NCBI RefSeq assembly: GCF_009914755.1
Contig: NC_060925.1
Direction: 5' to 3' (one strand)
DNA: 64,000 bases
Source: the human T2T-CHM13v2.0 reference genome, Homo sapiens
Below the pieces are notes generated by a model that searched no databases, was not told the origin of the DNA, and saw only the letters and a list, made by a program, of their open reading frames with translations. Position 1 is the first letter of the stretch; every line of letters begins with the position of its first letter. Of this stretch, positions 1-17,887 are shown piece after piece. The translations under genes were made by a program, and so were the position numbers.

Positions 1-1024
1 AGACCTGTCTCAAATTTTCGGAGTTCACAGTGGGCAAGACTAGATTTACTTTTGTGTTGAGCAGATACTGAGCTTGACTGATGAGAATCTGGAGTGTGAG
101 GTCTGACGGAGTAACTCTGAGAGAGGAAGCTACCTGTGTGGTCTCAGGGAGAAGATCTGAGACTTACCAAGAAAAAGTGACCTGAAAGAACTGGCTGACT
201 TCAGGCCCTTGACCAGTGCCTAGACCCTCTTTCTGCAGCTCCAGATCATAGCCATCATGCTGGCAGCCTCCCTGCCGCTCATCCAGGCACCTTAAAGAAG
301 GGCTTCCTCTTCCCAAGCCTCTGGGTGGGCTTTCTAAAGCCCTGTGTGCATGAAGAGGTGGCTTGTAGCCCTTTGCAGCAGCAGGGCTTACATGAGGCTG
401 GGATATGAAAAGCTGGCATTACAATGCAGCTTGTGCCTTGCATTCACTCCCCACTTCATCAAGCCAAGTTTCTAAATAACAGGGATAGTAACTGCCCACT
501 GTGGCCCAATGTCACTTCTAAAGTTGCTTGGCAAAAAGCCACATGACTATTACTTAGCTCTCCACAGAACGGCATGTACCAAGTCGGATCACTGCTGTCG
601 GTGTGTGGGTGGATTAGCTGCTATTGAACATGATAGGGCGGGCCCCTTTCCAGTTTGCACCAGCCCCGCTCTGTGCCTACTCCATGTATCATAGAGCCTC
701 CTCTCTCTGTGCAGTTGAACTTGATCAGATGAGATGGCAAAAGCCAGAGCAGGGAGCAAGGCAAAAGAGAAAAATATGTTCACGGTGACTTTTGAAAACA
801 TATGGATGAAACTCCTGAGGAGGCTGAGGAACTAAACCTTTTCTTTTGGCAGTAGGCACAGAGTGCAGATTCATCTCTCTGTGAATTACTCTAGCTCCTG
901 CTGTGTGAGTTCTATTTTAGCCCAGTAATGCAAAAAGAAAGAAAAACTAAGTTCTGACAAGCACTTACATTTCTTGAATTTTTGTTGAAGGTCCCAGAGG
1001 TCATTGTAAGCAGCCTGAACAGGT

Positions 1025-1132
1025 AGTTAGGGCTCCTGGATTCTAGTCTCAGCTTGGCTACTAATTTACCGTGTGACGTTAGGCAAATTACTATTCTGAG
1101 CTTTAGTCATCTTATCTTTAAAATGAAGGGTT
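1025..1132 (+). mobile_element. MIR fragment
   Basis: Core ggattctagtctcagc...tgtgacgttaggcaaatta...taaaatgaagg. Confidence 0.6.
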
Positions 1133-1949
1133 TATTCTTTAGAGGAAGCTGAGTGAATGGCATACGGGAACACTCTGTACTATTTTTATAACTTTGCTAT
1201 AAGTCTAAAATTATTTTTAAATAAATGGTTTTCTTAAAAAGTGAAAGGATTATGTAGATTATCTTCAAGATCCTCTCTACCTCTGAATAATGATTTTATG
1301 TTCTTACTTATCTTCCTTCAGGTGAAAGTAAGTCTCTTTCCAGCTATCCAAACATATAACAGAGTGGAATTTTTCCTCACTCCTTCTGCCCCAGGCAAGA
1401 TGTTGATCAGCCCCAACACAAACCTGTTTTCTGCTTTAAACATATCCTATACCTAGGGCAAAATTTAAATTATCTAAAACACATTTAAAAACACCCCATC
1501 CATACCCACTTTGTTCTTTCAAACAAGTAAATTCACCCAGCAGGGAAAAGCTGTTGCTGGCAGTCCATGCCTACAGAATCTCAGCCTTGCCCTAGCAACG
1601 AGGCTAATTATAACTCCGGCTACCTGGTAACCGCACTAGATTTCCCTGCATTGGCTGGCAGTTCTAAAGCCATCTCAGCTCTGCCTGCCACCTCCCATCC
1701 TGAGAAGCTGTCAGAGAAGCTGAGAAACTATGAGTCTCTTTTAAGCAACTATCTAAGCTGTGGTGAGAACACCCATGTATCATAGAGCTTCCTTTCTCTG
1801 CGCCCAGAGAAAGGCTGCCCAGAATCACAGGACTTCAGAACTGGGAGGGATGTGTGCGTCAATCCTGGTCCAGCCCACTCATTTAAACACAAAGAACCAG
1901 AAGCCCAGAAAAAGTGACTTGCCTTAGCCTGGCCTTCCTCTTGATTCCT

Positions 1950-2652
1950 TTCCCTCAATTCTCCCGTCCTGATCAATCATCAAGTCCTACAAATATTTTA
2001 CCTCTTAAATATTTTAAAGATGAGTTGCCTCCCCTCTATTCCTACTGCCACAGCCCTCATTCAGGCCTTCATCTTCTTTGGCTTGGCAAGTCTGTTCTCA
2101 CTCACTTCCTGCCTTGACTCTCTTGAATCCACCTTTCCCATGCATCAGAGGGATCTAGCAGGTTCCCTGCAGCTTAAAGCCCATCAGTGGTGCCTTGTCT
2201 TCTTCAGGATAAAGTCTACACTCTTTAAAATGGCACAAAAGACTGTGTCCGTCATATCAGTCTCATTCTTCGCCTAGTACTTAAATCCACCAACACCAAA
2301 CCACTTCTAATTCTGTGCAAGCACCCTATGGTTTCTTGCCTCAAGGCTTTTGCTTGTGACAAAAACTCTGTCCTTCCACTTCATCATCCATTGACTGATT
2401 AGTGCTTATTCCCCTTTGAAGACGAAGTTCAGGGGTCATCACGAATAATCCTTTGCAGATTTTCTTTCCATCCACTCTATTCATTTGGGATAGAAGTGCC
2501 CCCTTTGAGTTTCCTTACACTTTGTACACAGCTCTGTTACTGCCTTTTACTATACTCTAGCACCTGTGGTTTACTCATCTTTGAAGTCCCAACTTCTAGT
2601 ACTTGGAACATAGCAGGTACCTAATTAATGTTTATTAATGAATGAATGGATA
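1950..2652 (+). mobile_element. L2 3' fragment
   Basis: L2-like body ending acatagcaggtacc...aatgaatgaatgga. Confidence 0.6.
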
Positions 2653-2695
2653 AGTCCAAAGCTTTCCATGATTTCTCCCCTGCAGCCTCATCTTA

Positions 2696-3463
<768 letters not shown>

Positions 3464-4090
3464 TTACTACCTTTTAGGATTCAATGCAAACTTCAAACAC
3501 TTGGCAAGGCCTTTCCTGGTGGATTTTATTGCACTATAGCAAAATCTGTCCATACCTCTATGGTAGCCCTTATTATACCATTTTTATTTATTTGTTGATG
3601 TCTTCTCCACCAGAATCTAGCACAGTAGCTGGCATATAGTAGATAATCAATAGACGTTTGACTGAATATACCAATGCATATGCGCAAATATGAGCAAAAA
3701 AATGACTAAAATGATATTGCAAACAAGGGAAACATTTGAGACAGAAATTTAGAATGTCTATTTTTTTCAAGTGTAACATGCTACTTCTATCAGTGCATAA
3801 ACCTGAATGTACATACACTATAGAAAGAAGTGGCCTTGTAATAAGTTCATGCAGAAGTATAAATTATGTAGACATTGTTAGGGGGATAACTGAAAGTGGA
3901 TTAGAATTAAATTAGGGCCCAGAATTTAGTCTGGGATTTGTTTTCCAGTGGTTGAAAGAAAAATTCCTAAGTATTCAAAGGGAAGAAGCATTTCTCAACA
4001 GGCAAGTATTATGAATTCTAATTAAAAGCTCTGAAAAAATGAGATAAGTTGTGTTAAGGAAAAGCAGAAAACAGAGTTGCCTTTGGTTAA

Positions 4091-5180
<1,090 letters not shown>

Positions 5181-6344
5181 AAAAAATATTTAACCAAAAT
5201 CATAAATATTGGTTACAAATATTTAATGGATGGATTCCCTCTATTTCTGCCAACTTTCATTCCCTGAAAGAAGAAATAGGTAAGCATGACCTCACGAACC
5301 TCAGAAGGCTGAGAATGGGGAATTGGCACACACAGTGTGCGTAGACACAGACACACATGGACCATGTTCATACTAGGCTTCCAGAGAACCATTTAAAAAT
5401 AGTTTGGCTAATGTAATCTTGTCTGTCTCTTATGTTCCTCCTTTCCCATCATACACATTTCTTAAAGTTCGTGTAAGTAAAACATAGGAGAAAAAAACAT
5501 AGCCACTAATTAAATAAGGCATCCAAGTGTAAAAGAAGAGCAAACTCTGCTACATATAAGAAGACAAGCATTAATTCTGGCAACAGCAGCCACACAGCCA
5601 CTTTAGACAATAACCTGAGCAGGTGCATGCTTTCTAGTATGTGTCTCCAGCTATGCAGGATAGAAATCACAATCCTTTCTATTTATCTAACGTCTAATAC
5701 ACTAAAACATGTTTACCCATGGGGGAGAAGAGCACGACAGGAATTGATGACTCTAATTTAGGAAACTAAGGTTCACAGAAGTTAAGTGACTTGGCCAAGA
5801 TCATGTAGCTAGAAAAGGCAGGTTAAGAATTCAGGTTTCCTTAGAGTTCAAAACTTTTATCACAACATTTTTGATAACCCCCCAAGATACTCATCCTTCT
5901 CTAATAGCCTTCCTTTGGTTCAAGTCCAGCTTCCTAAATCCTACCGCCTGATGGAGTTCCTGAGCTTCCTTGTAAGTCTGCAGGTATATTGTTCCTCATC
6001 ATGTTGCCCAAAGCCTAAAGAAATCAGGCTAGGACCAAAGAAAATCAGTCAATGAGCCAAAAAGAAATTTAATCAACCCAGCCTTTCTTATTTATTTTCT
6101 TTGAATGAACATTTGTATCTGAGAATGCCAAGGTAAATTTGATGCAATAGGGACACTTGGATTATATTATGTTATTTACACACAAGCAAACAAAAATTGA
6201 GAATTGAGACAAATAGGACAAATGGTCCCAAGTCCACTATTGAGGAAAAAGAAACTGATTTGGAATAAAAAATAGTCCAGCATGAATGTGTCAGTAATTA
6301 AGACTTATCTGGATAAGTTTGCCGTCTCTCAATTTGTCACAATA

Positions 6345-6560
6345 ATGGCAAATATTTATTGAGAGCTTACTATGTGATAGGCATTATGCTGAGTTTAGCT
6401 AATTGACTCATTTCATCCTCCTCTAGACCCTATAAGATAGGTGTTATTACTGCCCTTGCTTTAGCTCAGAGAAATTATGGTATTTTTCCCAACACAAATA
6501 GTAAGTAGAAAAATCAAGATTTCACCCCAGGTCTCGCCAATTTATAGCTCTTAGCCGTTA
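6345..6560 (-). mobile_element. MIR
   Basis: atttattgagagcttactatgtg...ctcatttcatcctc...gctcagaga. Confidence 0.6.
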
Positions 6561-8700
6561 TGCCCAGCAATAACAGAATAGTAAAAACAAGGACAATTTG
6601 GTAGGCAAGTAAAATCAGTAGGCTGTTTACCATAGCTATAGAAGTATGCTATGCATAAACCTCAAAGATTGCGCAGGAAAAGTATCATCCAATCTCAAAG
6701 ATGAGAAAACCAAAGAAGTTTCAATCTCAGAGAAGTCAGGCAGCTTAAGGGTCATAAAACAACGCAACACAACTCTCTCAACTCATATCTAAGGGCTAAG
6801 TCCACTTTAACCTTCCAATATCATTACATCATATTTAAACATTGACTCTATCTGGTCAAGGACGACAACATTTTATTTCTCCTGACCCTTTTGCTATCAG
6901 ATCTGGCCTTGTCAGTTTTTCAATTTCATTCTTAGAATGGAAACTTAATTCACACAAGTTGAACAAGTAGTCATCAGGGGGCAAAACCCAGTGGATGATG
7001 GTTTTGTGTGCTGTTTGGAGACTGGGTGTTTACCACACAGCAGTGGATTTCATAAATTCCAGGGTCAGACAAGATTCCAGTAGCGACACACTTGACTAAT
7101 ATGAGAAAATGCAGGATTAGGCAATCAACAATGAGGAAGTCAGCCAAGTTGCCACCCAAAAATTACTTACCACAGCAGCTGCAGTCCAGAAATGCTAACA
7201 AGCCAGTCTCCCTAGGAGTGGGCCATACTCAGCTGTGGACCACTCACAACATTTTCTCACTTTATTTTGCTTCAGAGTCAGTGTACTGCAATGATTTCTC
7301 CTTTGCTTGCTTTATATGTTTAAAATTGTCTTCCCTAAAAGCTGAACTTAAAATTAATGTTTGCTACCAAAAGGGGGTAGCAGTGCCTAGTCATGTAGGC
7401 ATATGTCCCACTCTGTCGGTACAGAGGGTAAGCAGCCTCTTCCTTTTTAAAAAATTTATTATGATGATTTACAAAAATTGAAGCTTACAGGATAAACACT
7501 CAACAAAAAAGTAGCCAGTCTCAAGAAACCAATTTTTATGTATGAATTAATATTATTTTATTAATCCATGGCCAGGATGATTCTTAAGATTATTTCTTAA
7601 TTCTCTGAACAGCTTAAAAGAGAGAAACTCCTTCTTTTTTATTTACTTGCTTTGAGGTTGATACTCTTAGGTTTTTAACATAACTCTCTAGCTTTGACAA
7701 CTCCTCTTATAATTTAAAATCCTTATAGCTTCCATTTACAAGTAAGGATTATATCTATTTTAGTCTCCTCAATCAGCTACCTAGGAGAAGACTTGCCACT
7801 TGGAAAGAGAAAGATAGCACCCACTCTCCAGTTCTCTTCTCCCAAAGTTGCCCGTATTTCCCTTCCCTGAAGCCAATCAAATACTTTATTGTTTCTCGCT
7901 AAGAGTAATTTTTCACTCTTAAGTACAAACAGCTCAACAAAAATTCCCGGTAGCATAAATATGCACATCAATAAAATAATTACTACTCACAATAGACTTT
8001 CCATTACATATGTTTCACAAGCATTGGTTTTCTTAAAAAGAACCACGCATACAGCACTCAAATTATTGCAGATTCTAACTCAGTAGAGTTTGATTTAATG
8101 TTTTTACAATATTTTTTTTAAAGAAGTGTCCTTCCAACGCTAAGGAAAAAAATCAGAATCAAGAAAATTCTGTTTCTTAGCAACAGAAAAATCAAACTTC
8201 TGTTACTAAGTTTGGTAACAGAACAGTACTCTAAATTATCCTCTGAACCACCTGATTTACCATGTGATGCTGGGCACATTGCTGCTAATTAATCTTCCTA
8301 ATCTCGTGGGATCACAATATGAATAACAAGAATGAACATCAGACACATCTGTGGGAATTATGAGGGGGAGATTATAAAGAGTCAAACCTTGTCCCCATAT
8401 TTAAATTTTATAATAACTATAACTACTAGTAGAAATATAACTAGTACCCTCTCATATATATGTGATGTTATTAAGTTTATAAAGTGTTTTGATATGTTTC
8501 TTATTTCATCTTCATGGCTGCTATTTATTCATAGAAAAATAATTCTCAGTATCTGTAGCATTATTGTTAATGTCAATCCTATAGAGGCTGGAACAGGCTC
8601 AGAGAGGCTAAGTAACTTGCCTAACTAAGTCTCCTGGTTGACAATAGGTCTTAATGCAGTGTTTTCCGAATCCCTCGTTCTTACATCAAAACAGAACTGT

Positions 8701-9072
<372 letters not shown>

Positions 9073-9643
9073 CTAGTTCCTATCAATCACTCATCATGAC
9101 ATAGTGTGGTAAACTAATTTCAACTCTGAATGATTGATAATGGCTTTATGTGTTCTGTTTCCCAAGTAATAAGAACATTTTAGCACAAGCCTTTAGCGCT
9201 TTTCAAATAATCATAGCCAAATGAGAAAATTAATATGACAGGCAGATTGAACAAACATTTGGTGAGAAGGAAGAGGAGGGGATACAGTAGTTTGAGATCC
9301 CTCAAATCATATGATGCAGTAGCTGCCTGACAACTCTGCTAACACGTAAGACTAGATAGAGACAGGGCCATATCTACTTCCTGTATGGGACCCATGGCAA
9401 TACTAGAGTCTAGCAAAAGGGTTGTCCTCTCTGCATGTGACAATAGGCTGTGTTCCACTCCCCCCACATACACCTTGTGCAGCTCCTATAATCTCATTTA
9501 TCACACTTCTCCAGGTGAGAAATGGTGCCTTCTCACACCCCACCCAAAGTTGTTTCCTAAAGATCTTTCGCTAGGGCGGAGCAGAGAGTGAGATCAAATG
9601 ATTCAGACAGCCATCTGATTCAGCTTTAAAAACAAAAAATCCT

Positions 9644-9937
9644 GGTGGGGGCGCAGTGGCTCACGCCTGTAATCCCAGTACTTTGGGAGGCTGAGGCGGG
9701 TGGATCGCCTGAGGTCAGGAGTTTGAGACCAGCCTGGCCAACATGGTAAAACCCCGCCTCTATTAAAAATACAAAAATTAGCCAGGTGTGGTAGCAGGCG
9801 TCTGTAGTCCCAGCTACTCCGGAGAATCGCTTGAACCCAGGAGGCGGAGGTTGCAGTGAGCTGAGATCGTGCCACTGCACTCTAGCCTGGGCGACAGAGT
9901 GAGACTCTGTCTCAGAACAACAACAACAACAACAAAA
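9644..9937 (+). mobile_element. AluS with a small right-arm deletion and (CAA)n tail
   Basis: Alu consensus; cagctactccggagaatc lacks the usual gaggctgaggca segment. Confidence 0.93.
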
Positions 9938-11043
9938 TCCTTTCCCTCAAATTACCTAAGAAATTGTCCTTTCCTTCTTTGCCCTGAAGACAGTTAATGG
10001 GGAAAGTTCCTCCCTCTGCACAGTGAATAAATCCATCCACTATTCCTACCCTAACCCTAAGGCAAAACCTCCCACTCATCCTCTGTCTCTCGCCATCTCT
10101 CTGTTACCAACCCTCACTTGGCAATATCCTTCTTGACACGTGGCAGCTCCAATGAGGCACACTCATTACATAGCCACGTAAAAGATAAAAGGTGAATCTG
10201 GACCAACTTCTGGAAAATTTGGACTTAAAACATGGAAATGCAGGAGAGACAGGAAATAGAGTTAAATCCCCCAGATTTAGCTATACACATTAATTGAATT
10301 AACTAAATAATCATTTGGGTCTCATAGACACCAGCTATTTCCCTGATCCAAGATGTTATCTAGCAGCCTGTATCGCTTCCCAGTCATCCATCCTCTTGAC
10401 AGGACAGAGCACACATAGAAAATGGTATTTGTATAGCCCTCTGGGGTAAACAGTTGGAGAGTTATAATCTCTGATAAGGTCAGAGGCAACCAGTCCCCGG
10501 TCACTTGGGCCACTTCAGGTCCTGCTTGTCCAGACACAGAGAGGGCTGAGGAAACCAATATTGTGGTGACCAGCTACGAGGCTTAATCCTCATAACCCAT
10601 AGCCCAATGTCCTCTTATCAAGGTGCTGTCCTATCTCACCCACAGCTCAGCCAATCCAGTAGGTCTTCCTTCCCCACCCTGATCACTGACCCATCAATCA
10701 AGATAGCCCTCCCATCCAAGGAAGAGGCCATTTCCCCTCCCACTCCACCCAGGCCAACTGCTATCCCACAGGTTACTCTCTTCTTCATTTTAAGGCAAGC
10801 TATTCCAAAGACTAAAAATGCCTAAGATTCTGTCTTAAAAGCTTATCTGCATAGTCATCTTCAAAAGCAAACATGAATTTCTCAAGGAACGGAAACACCC
10901 TTAGCCCCTGCCCTTTTCTCCATAGCATCATTCTCTGCCCCACCAAGCCGGAGCTAGGAGGGCACTTTCTCTAGGAGAGGTATGACCTGGAGATGATCTG
11001 CTTCAGAGCCACCTCAGGGATCTTGCTTAAAAATGCATATTTT

Positions 11044-11645
<602 letters not shown>

Positions 11646-12045
11646 TTTTAAAAATGCAAATATCCACCCCAGCCCCACCCTCTCCCCCCACCTTCCCCCA
11701 CATTACTACATCGGAATCCCTAGGGTGAGGCATGGAATCTACATTTTAAACCAGCTCCCAAGGTGATTGTTCCGCACAGTTCCACGTCAGTGTTTGAGAG
11801 AGGCTCTGATTTATTCCAGTCCTCTTTCTTTACAGAGAAGGAAAGCAGAAAGCAGGCACCAGAGAGGTGAAATGAGCTTGTCCAAGGTCACAGGTTGTTA
11901 AGGTGACCAGAGCTGGACGAAACCCCACCTCTCTCGCTGACTAGCACAGCGCCAGCTAGGAAGAGCCTAGAATAGCGACCAACTGGCAGGCCAAACCGTC
12001 CCCTGCCCCTGCCCCTGCCTCGGAGAAGCGGGCCCCTGCACTCAC

Positions 12046-12186
12046 CCGCTTGTAGATGTCCTCCCGGCTGGCCTCATACTTCTGTTGCATGCGCTCCTCC
12101 AGGAAGTAGATGCGCAGCTTGAGGCTGAAGTTCTCCTTCTTCAGGTCATTGAGGTGCTGGGACAGAGTGCGATATCCATTAGACAT
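12046..12186 (-). CDS. PDE4DIP: CM1 (centrosomin motif 1 / gamma-TuNA) exon. As a first exon it starts at ATG 12186 (MSNGYRTLSQHLND...); as an internal exon it uses the acceptor at 12156 (HLND...IYKR, 111 nt)
   Basis: ORF 11956..12195 contains LKKENFSLKLRIYFLEERMQQ, the CM1 motif shared with CDK5RAP2 and centrosomin. Donor is CGG|gtgagt at 12046; internal acceptor is ctctgtcccag|CAC. Confidence 0.95.
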
Positions 12187-12700
12187 GATGGGCAACCCAT
12201 GGGGAGGAGCGTGCCCGATTGCCCCCTCAACCCAGGAACATGGTGCAGCTGCACCGCAGCATGAAGCCAGCCGGCTGGGACGCTGCTGAGGCTGCGGACC
12301 GAGAGGCTGGGGCTATGGCGACATGGCCCCTATTGCTGGAGCTCTCTCCGGGACTCGGGACTGGGCTCACTGCTCTGGGTGCTGGAGCGCAGCACACTTT
12401 CCTTTTTTACCTCAGGGAGATATTTGCGGAATCCCTGACAGAGGAACATGCTGCGTGAACTCAGACACAAGTGGTGTAACCCGACTCCAAGCCAGGACTC
12501 TGCTGTCACCCTCCTGGAGCCTCCCAGGCCCAACTGTAGGCAGTTAACAGCTTCTCGGAAAAGAGAGACTGACCCCCAAGAGCTTCCAGGAAAGGGGGAG
12601 GGGAGATATTCAAGGTGACAGTGGGTTTGCAAAGAAGAGAAGGAAATAGAGGGTGGGGAGGGGGTATTTAAATGACTTGTGGCTGATTTGGACTATAAGA
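12187..12700 (-). promoter_or_regulatory. Proximal alternative promoter and 5' leader
   Basis: Repeat-free, GC-rich, CpG-containing stretch directly upstream of ATG 12186, with a TATA-like TTTAAATA on the minus strand at about 12665-12672. The start site cannot be fixed from sequence. Confidence 0.6.
12411..12449 (-). CDS. PDE4DIP: Candidate third alternative first coding exon (MFLCQGFRKYLPE), phase-0 splice to 12156
   Basis: agcATG TTC CTC ... CCT GAG|gtaaaa. A 254-nt intron would join it in frame to HLNDLKK. The donor is only moderate. Confidence 0.45.
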
Positions 12701-14259
12701 CCAAAAGGAGTGTGGCCAGAAGCAAGAAATAAGGTTGCTATAGAAAAGACCATGTACATAAAACGGCCCACAAAGGTAACCGCATGTCAAATATCCCCTT
12801 TCTGTCCAGTGCAAATCTTAAAGAGCTTCTAACCAGAGGAGTCTCAATTTCCTTTGATAATCCAGAGCTCACTTCTAATGAGTTCCTTTGCAGTTTTCAG
12901 CCCCAAGCTTTTTGAGCTCTGAGGCAGTTCAACTAATAGCCTTTATTGCCATGAGCCTTCCCCCGAAACACACCATAGCTACCCGCAAAGAAAGAGCAAA
13001 TCTTCTAGCTCAGCGGAATCTTTGCAGACTCTATTTACCAGTTACAAAGCTCAGAAAGAGGCAGGGTCAAGGGATCCTCCCTCCATGGAAGAAGGGATGG
13101 GCAGAAGAGAGTGTGGGAGGATGACAGAGAGGGAGCCGTCATCCTGGAGCCCAAAGATTTCAGGCAGTCACTGGTTCTTAACTCTGGCACCTGCCAAGTG
13201 GAGCCGGGCACTCATCACCAGATCTTGCTCCTAAAGTAATTTAAGATCCTTGAGTGACAGCTGCAACATTAGCAGGAAGTATTATTTATACCACATTACA
13301 TTGAAGGTGATGGGAGACAACCCCAGAGCACAGATAACAAACACGGGTTCTTTGTGGCAATAATATTAGGTTGAAAAAATATATATTAACATTCAAGATA
13401 AAGGAAACTACAAAATTTACACTTAATTCAAGCCCTCATTTCCTCCCCAACCTACCTGCTTTTCATTCTTCCAATTCCTTCTCAAACCTTCATAATCATT
13501 CCAGTCAACAACTCCTGAGTACTCACCAGGTAGGACATTGGGCATGAGGGATATATAGATCAAGAATGTCCCAACCCTCAAAGAGCTACGTGGCCATACA
13601 GCTGGCCATGATATGTTAAGATATGTGTTTTACATTATGATCCTCCAAACCTGTGTTTTTCAACTTTTGTATGTTACATTGCCATCTAGTACATATGCAT
13701 ACACTCTTAACTGAAGTAAATGTTTCAAAAAGTAATTGTCACCATCACTATGTGTGATGTCCTCTGATATTTCCTATTTCTTTTTCTGCCAGTGACCCAC
13801 CCGACGGATTTCATGACCCACTAATAAGTTTCAGCCTGAGTTTAAAAAACGTTGACTCTGGGGGAGCCCGTAAGAAAGAGTAGTCAGTTCTTACTGGGGT
13901 GATCAGAGAAAGCTTCATTAGGAGTTGAATTTGCACTTTGCCTTGAAAAATAAAAAATGTTTGAGTGGATAAAGTGGCCCCAGGAGGGCATAATTAGAGT
14001 GCAGCATTCTCCCAAATAGATTTAGATTATAAATAGGCAAAATAGGCAAGCCCAAATATTTACCATTTGAAAAAAAAAAACTACACATTTAAAATCCATT
14101 TAACTATTTTCACTAAATCTGAATTCTTAGAATTTGAGAATGCCAACTAGGCTTAGTTAGAGACAGTGAAGAAAAAAGTCTAAGTTAAAACAACTCAAAA
14201 TATCCTTTTCCATTCCCAGTTCTCTTACTAAATAGCTATGTTATAGACCATTTCTCTAG

Positions 14260-14605
<346 letters not shown>

Positions 14606-15749
14606 AAAATTAGTGATTTTTAAGGCCCTTTCCTGGTCTAAGCTCTTCAAGGTGATAACCCAGTTAATATCACCTCCATTTTGCTCAAGGGGAGCCAGGC
14701 TGCCAGAGTTTAGATAAGTGTTTAATCATGCTTTGGCTGTCTACTTAGATTCCTTTATCAGGTAAAATAATTTCATAAAAGTTTTACAGGAAGTAAAACT
14801 GTGTATGAATCCAGGGTATTCTTATGCATCCTAGATTTCTGTTGGACATTTATGCTTATTTCCTCCATGATATCTTGTTCTTCTATCTCTCTGGATCCTT
14901 TTCTGTGTTTTTTGCCAGCTCCTGAAAGTGGGTATTTAAATGATGGTAAGTCCTCAGCCTTCTACTTTTTTTTCTCTTCACATTTTTATCCATGGAGGTT
15001 TTATCCACTTTTAGGGCTATACTTTCACCTTCGAAACAATTCCCAAATCTCCAACCGAGTCTTCTCACCCAAGATCTAGCCGTACATATTCAACTCTTGG
15101 CTTAGATCATTCAACTTGAGTGTTCCCAAATTCCACCCAAGCAAAGCCTTTCCTCTTACCCTAGCCTGGAAAGACTTCTTCCTCTTTTGAACTCTAAGGC
15201 AGATATTAACATTCAACAAGTGTTCATATGCTGCCTTATGATGTGGCTTTTGTTATCTTGAAGGGTTATTTACATCTTTTAGAGTTACGCGACTTTTTGT
15301 GTGTTTGATCTTTCCAACTAGTCTGAAGCTGCCCAAGGAAAAAGTCAATGACTAACTAATACATCTTCATAAACTCCTACAGCTTCCATAACAACCTGAG
15401 ACCTCTCCAACAGCATTCATCCCATTGTGCTGTCACAGTCTGTTTACGATGACCTCAACCTGGCTAGAGTGTTTTGAGAGCTGACAAGGCATATTTTGTG
15501 TCCTTGTATTCTTGTTGCATAGTACTCAGGAAGCACTCCCTAAATATTTGTGGAATCAATGAACAGGAAAATATTCCATAAACATTGTACGTTTTGCTTT
15601 GTTATATATGGGCTGGCTCACCTGTATTATTCTCACAGATTTCCAATAATATGAAAAAAGTTTGTTTTAATAGTCCTAAATAAACTATATTTGGTAGAAC
15701 ACTTATTCTAGAAGACGTAGAAAAATGACGTTTTGTTCACTTACATTTC

Positions 15750-16930
15750 TAAGTTTACATGCCCACCCTGATCTTTTCCCTGAACTCCAATTGATATCTG
15801 ACTGTCTAGTAGAAATCTCTGCTTGAATTTAGACATCACATACTTGTGATATCTAAAACTGAACTCCTGATCTTTCCCAGTAAACATGCTCCTCCCTCAC
15901 TACACCTTTTTTCAACTTGTAACAACTCAATATTTTCAGATTTTTGAGCCCAAACCTTTGAGTCATTTCTTGATTCATTCTCTCTCCTACATATCATCTG
16001 TCTGTAAATCTTACTATGTATATTCTACATTATAGTATATATATTAATAACATATATGGTAGTATAATATATATGTTGTAGCTGTTGTATTATGTATGTA
16101 ATATATAATACTATATTATATATACTATTATACTACTATATATATATTTTATATATATGTTATACTACCACTACTGCCACTGGTATTTCTACCACCCTGA
16201 CCCACAGTACTGCCATCTTTTCCTTACATGATCTGAATAGCCCCTTAACTGGTGTTCCTGCTCCCACTCTTGTTCCCTTGTAGTCTATTCTCAGCACAGC
16301 AGCCACAGTGACCCTTTCAAAATACGTCAGATTACTCCTCTGCTGGAGAGCCCCCTGGCTTCCCATCTAACTTAGAGTGAAAGGTGATGTCCCTTCACCA
16401 GACTGCAAGGCCTGAGGCCCTACACCCTCTTCTTGCCTCTCCTATTACCTCCTCTACTTCTTCCTACCACTCTCCCTCTGTTCTCTGCTGTAGCCACACT
16501 GTTTCTCTTTGTTATTTCTCAAAAACAGGAAGCAAGAGAAGCTTTCTTTTCCGAGGCCTTTGAACTTGTTGACCCTTCTGCCTGGCTGCTCTTTCTCTAG
16601 GGAGGTGCACGATTCTCTCCTCACCTTCTTCATCTTTGATTGAATGTCACCTTCTTGGTGAAGTGAATACTCTTTAGGCACCCCATGCCTCATCCCAGCT
16701 CTCCGAATCCCCCTTCATTGTTTTTTATTCCGTAGCACTATCACCTTCTAAAATACATTTTCTTATTTATTTTGTTTCTTGTCTGTCTCTCCCCACCAGC
16801 ATGTAAACTTCCTGAGAAAAGTGGGATGTTTTCTTAGTTTGTTCACTGCTGTGTCACCAGTGCCCAGAACGGTGCCTGATACATAGCTGGTGCTCAATAA
16901 ATATTTGTTGAATTAAAGAATGGATGAGTA
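15750..16930 (+). mobile_element. L2 3' part, interrupted by an AT-rich low-complexity tract (~16010-16165)
   Basis: aaaactgaactcctgatctttcc..., cagccacagtgaccctt..., end gtgctcaataaatatttgttgaatt. Confidence 0.8.
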
Positions 16931-17188
16931 ATTAACCTGCTGATTTATTTCTCATTGGAGTAATACAACTTAATCGATACACAAGATTATGTAGATGTTT
17001 TAGGATAAAAAGCATACCTAGTAGCATTCCTCCTTATAAAAAGATTATAAGTAAAATAAATTATTCTAACAGACTCATTTTAATACACCATGCAGAATCT
17101 GGACTTTCTACAACAGTTCCGAACAAATATGGAATCGTATATGACAAATTATAAAGGACAATATGAACTGTACAAATAGTAAAAACTG

Positions 17189-17887
<699 letters not shown>

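Noticed and set aside
1-29. Possible 3' terminus of an ERV LTR (...ttcaca)
   Set aside because: Too short at the window edge to classify.
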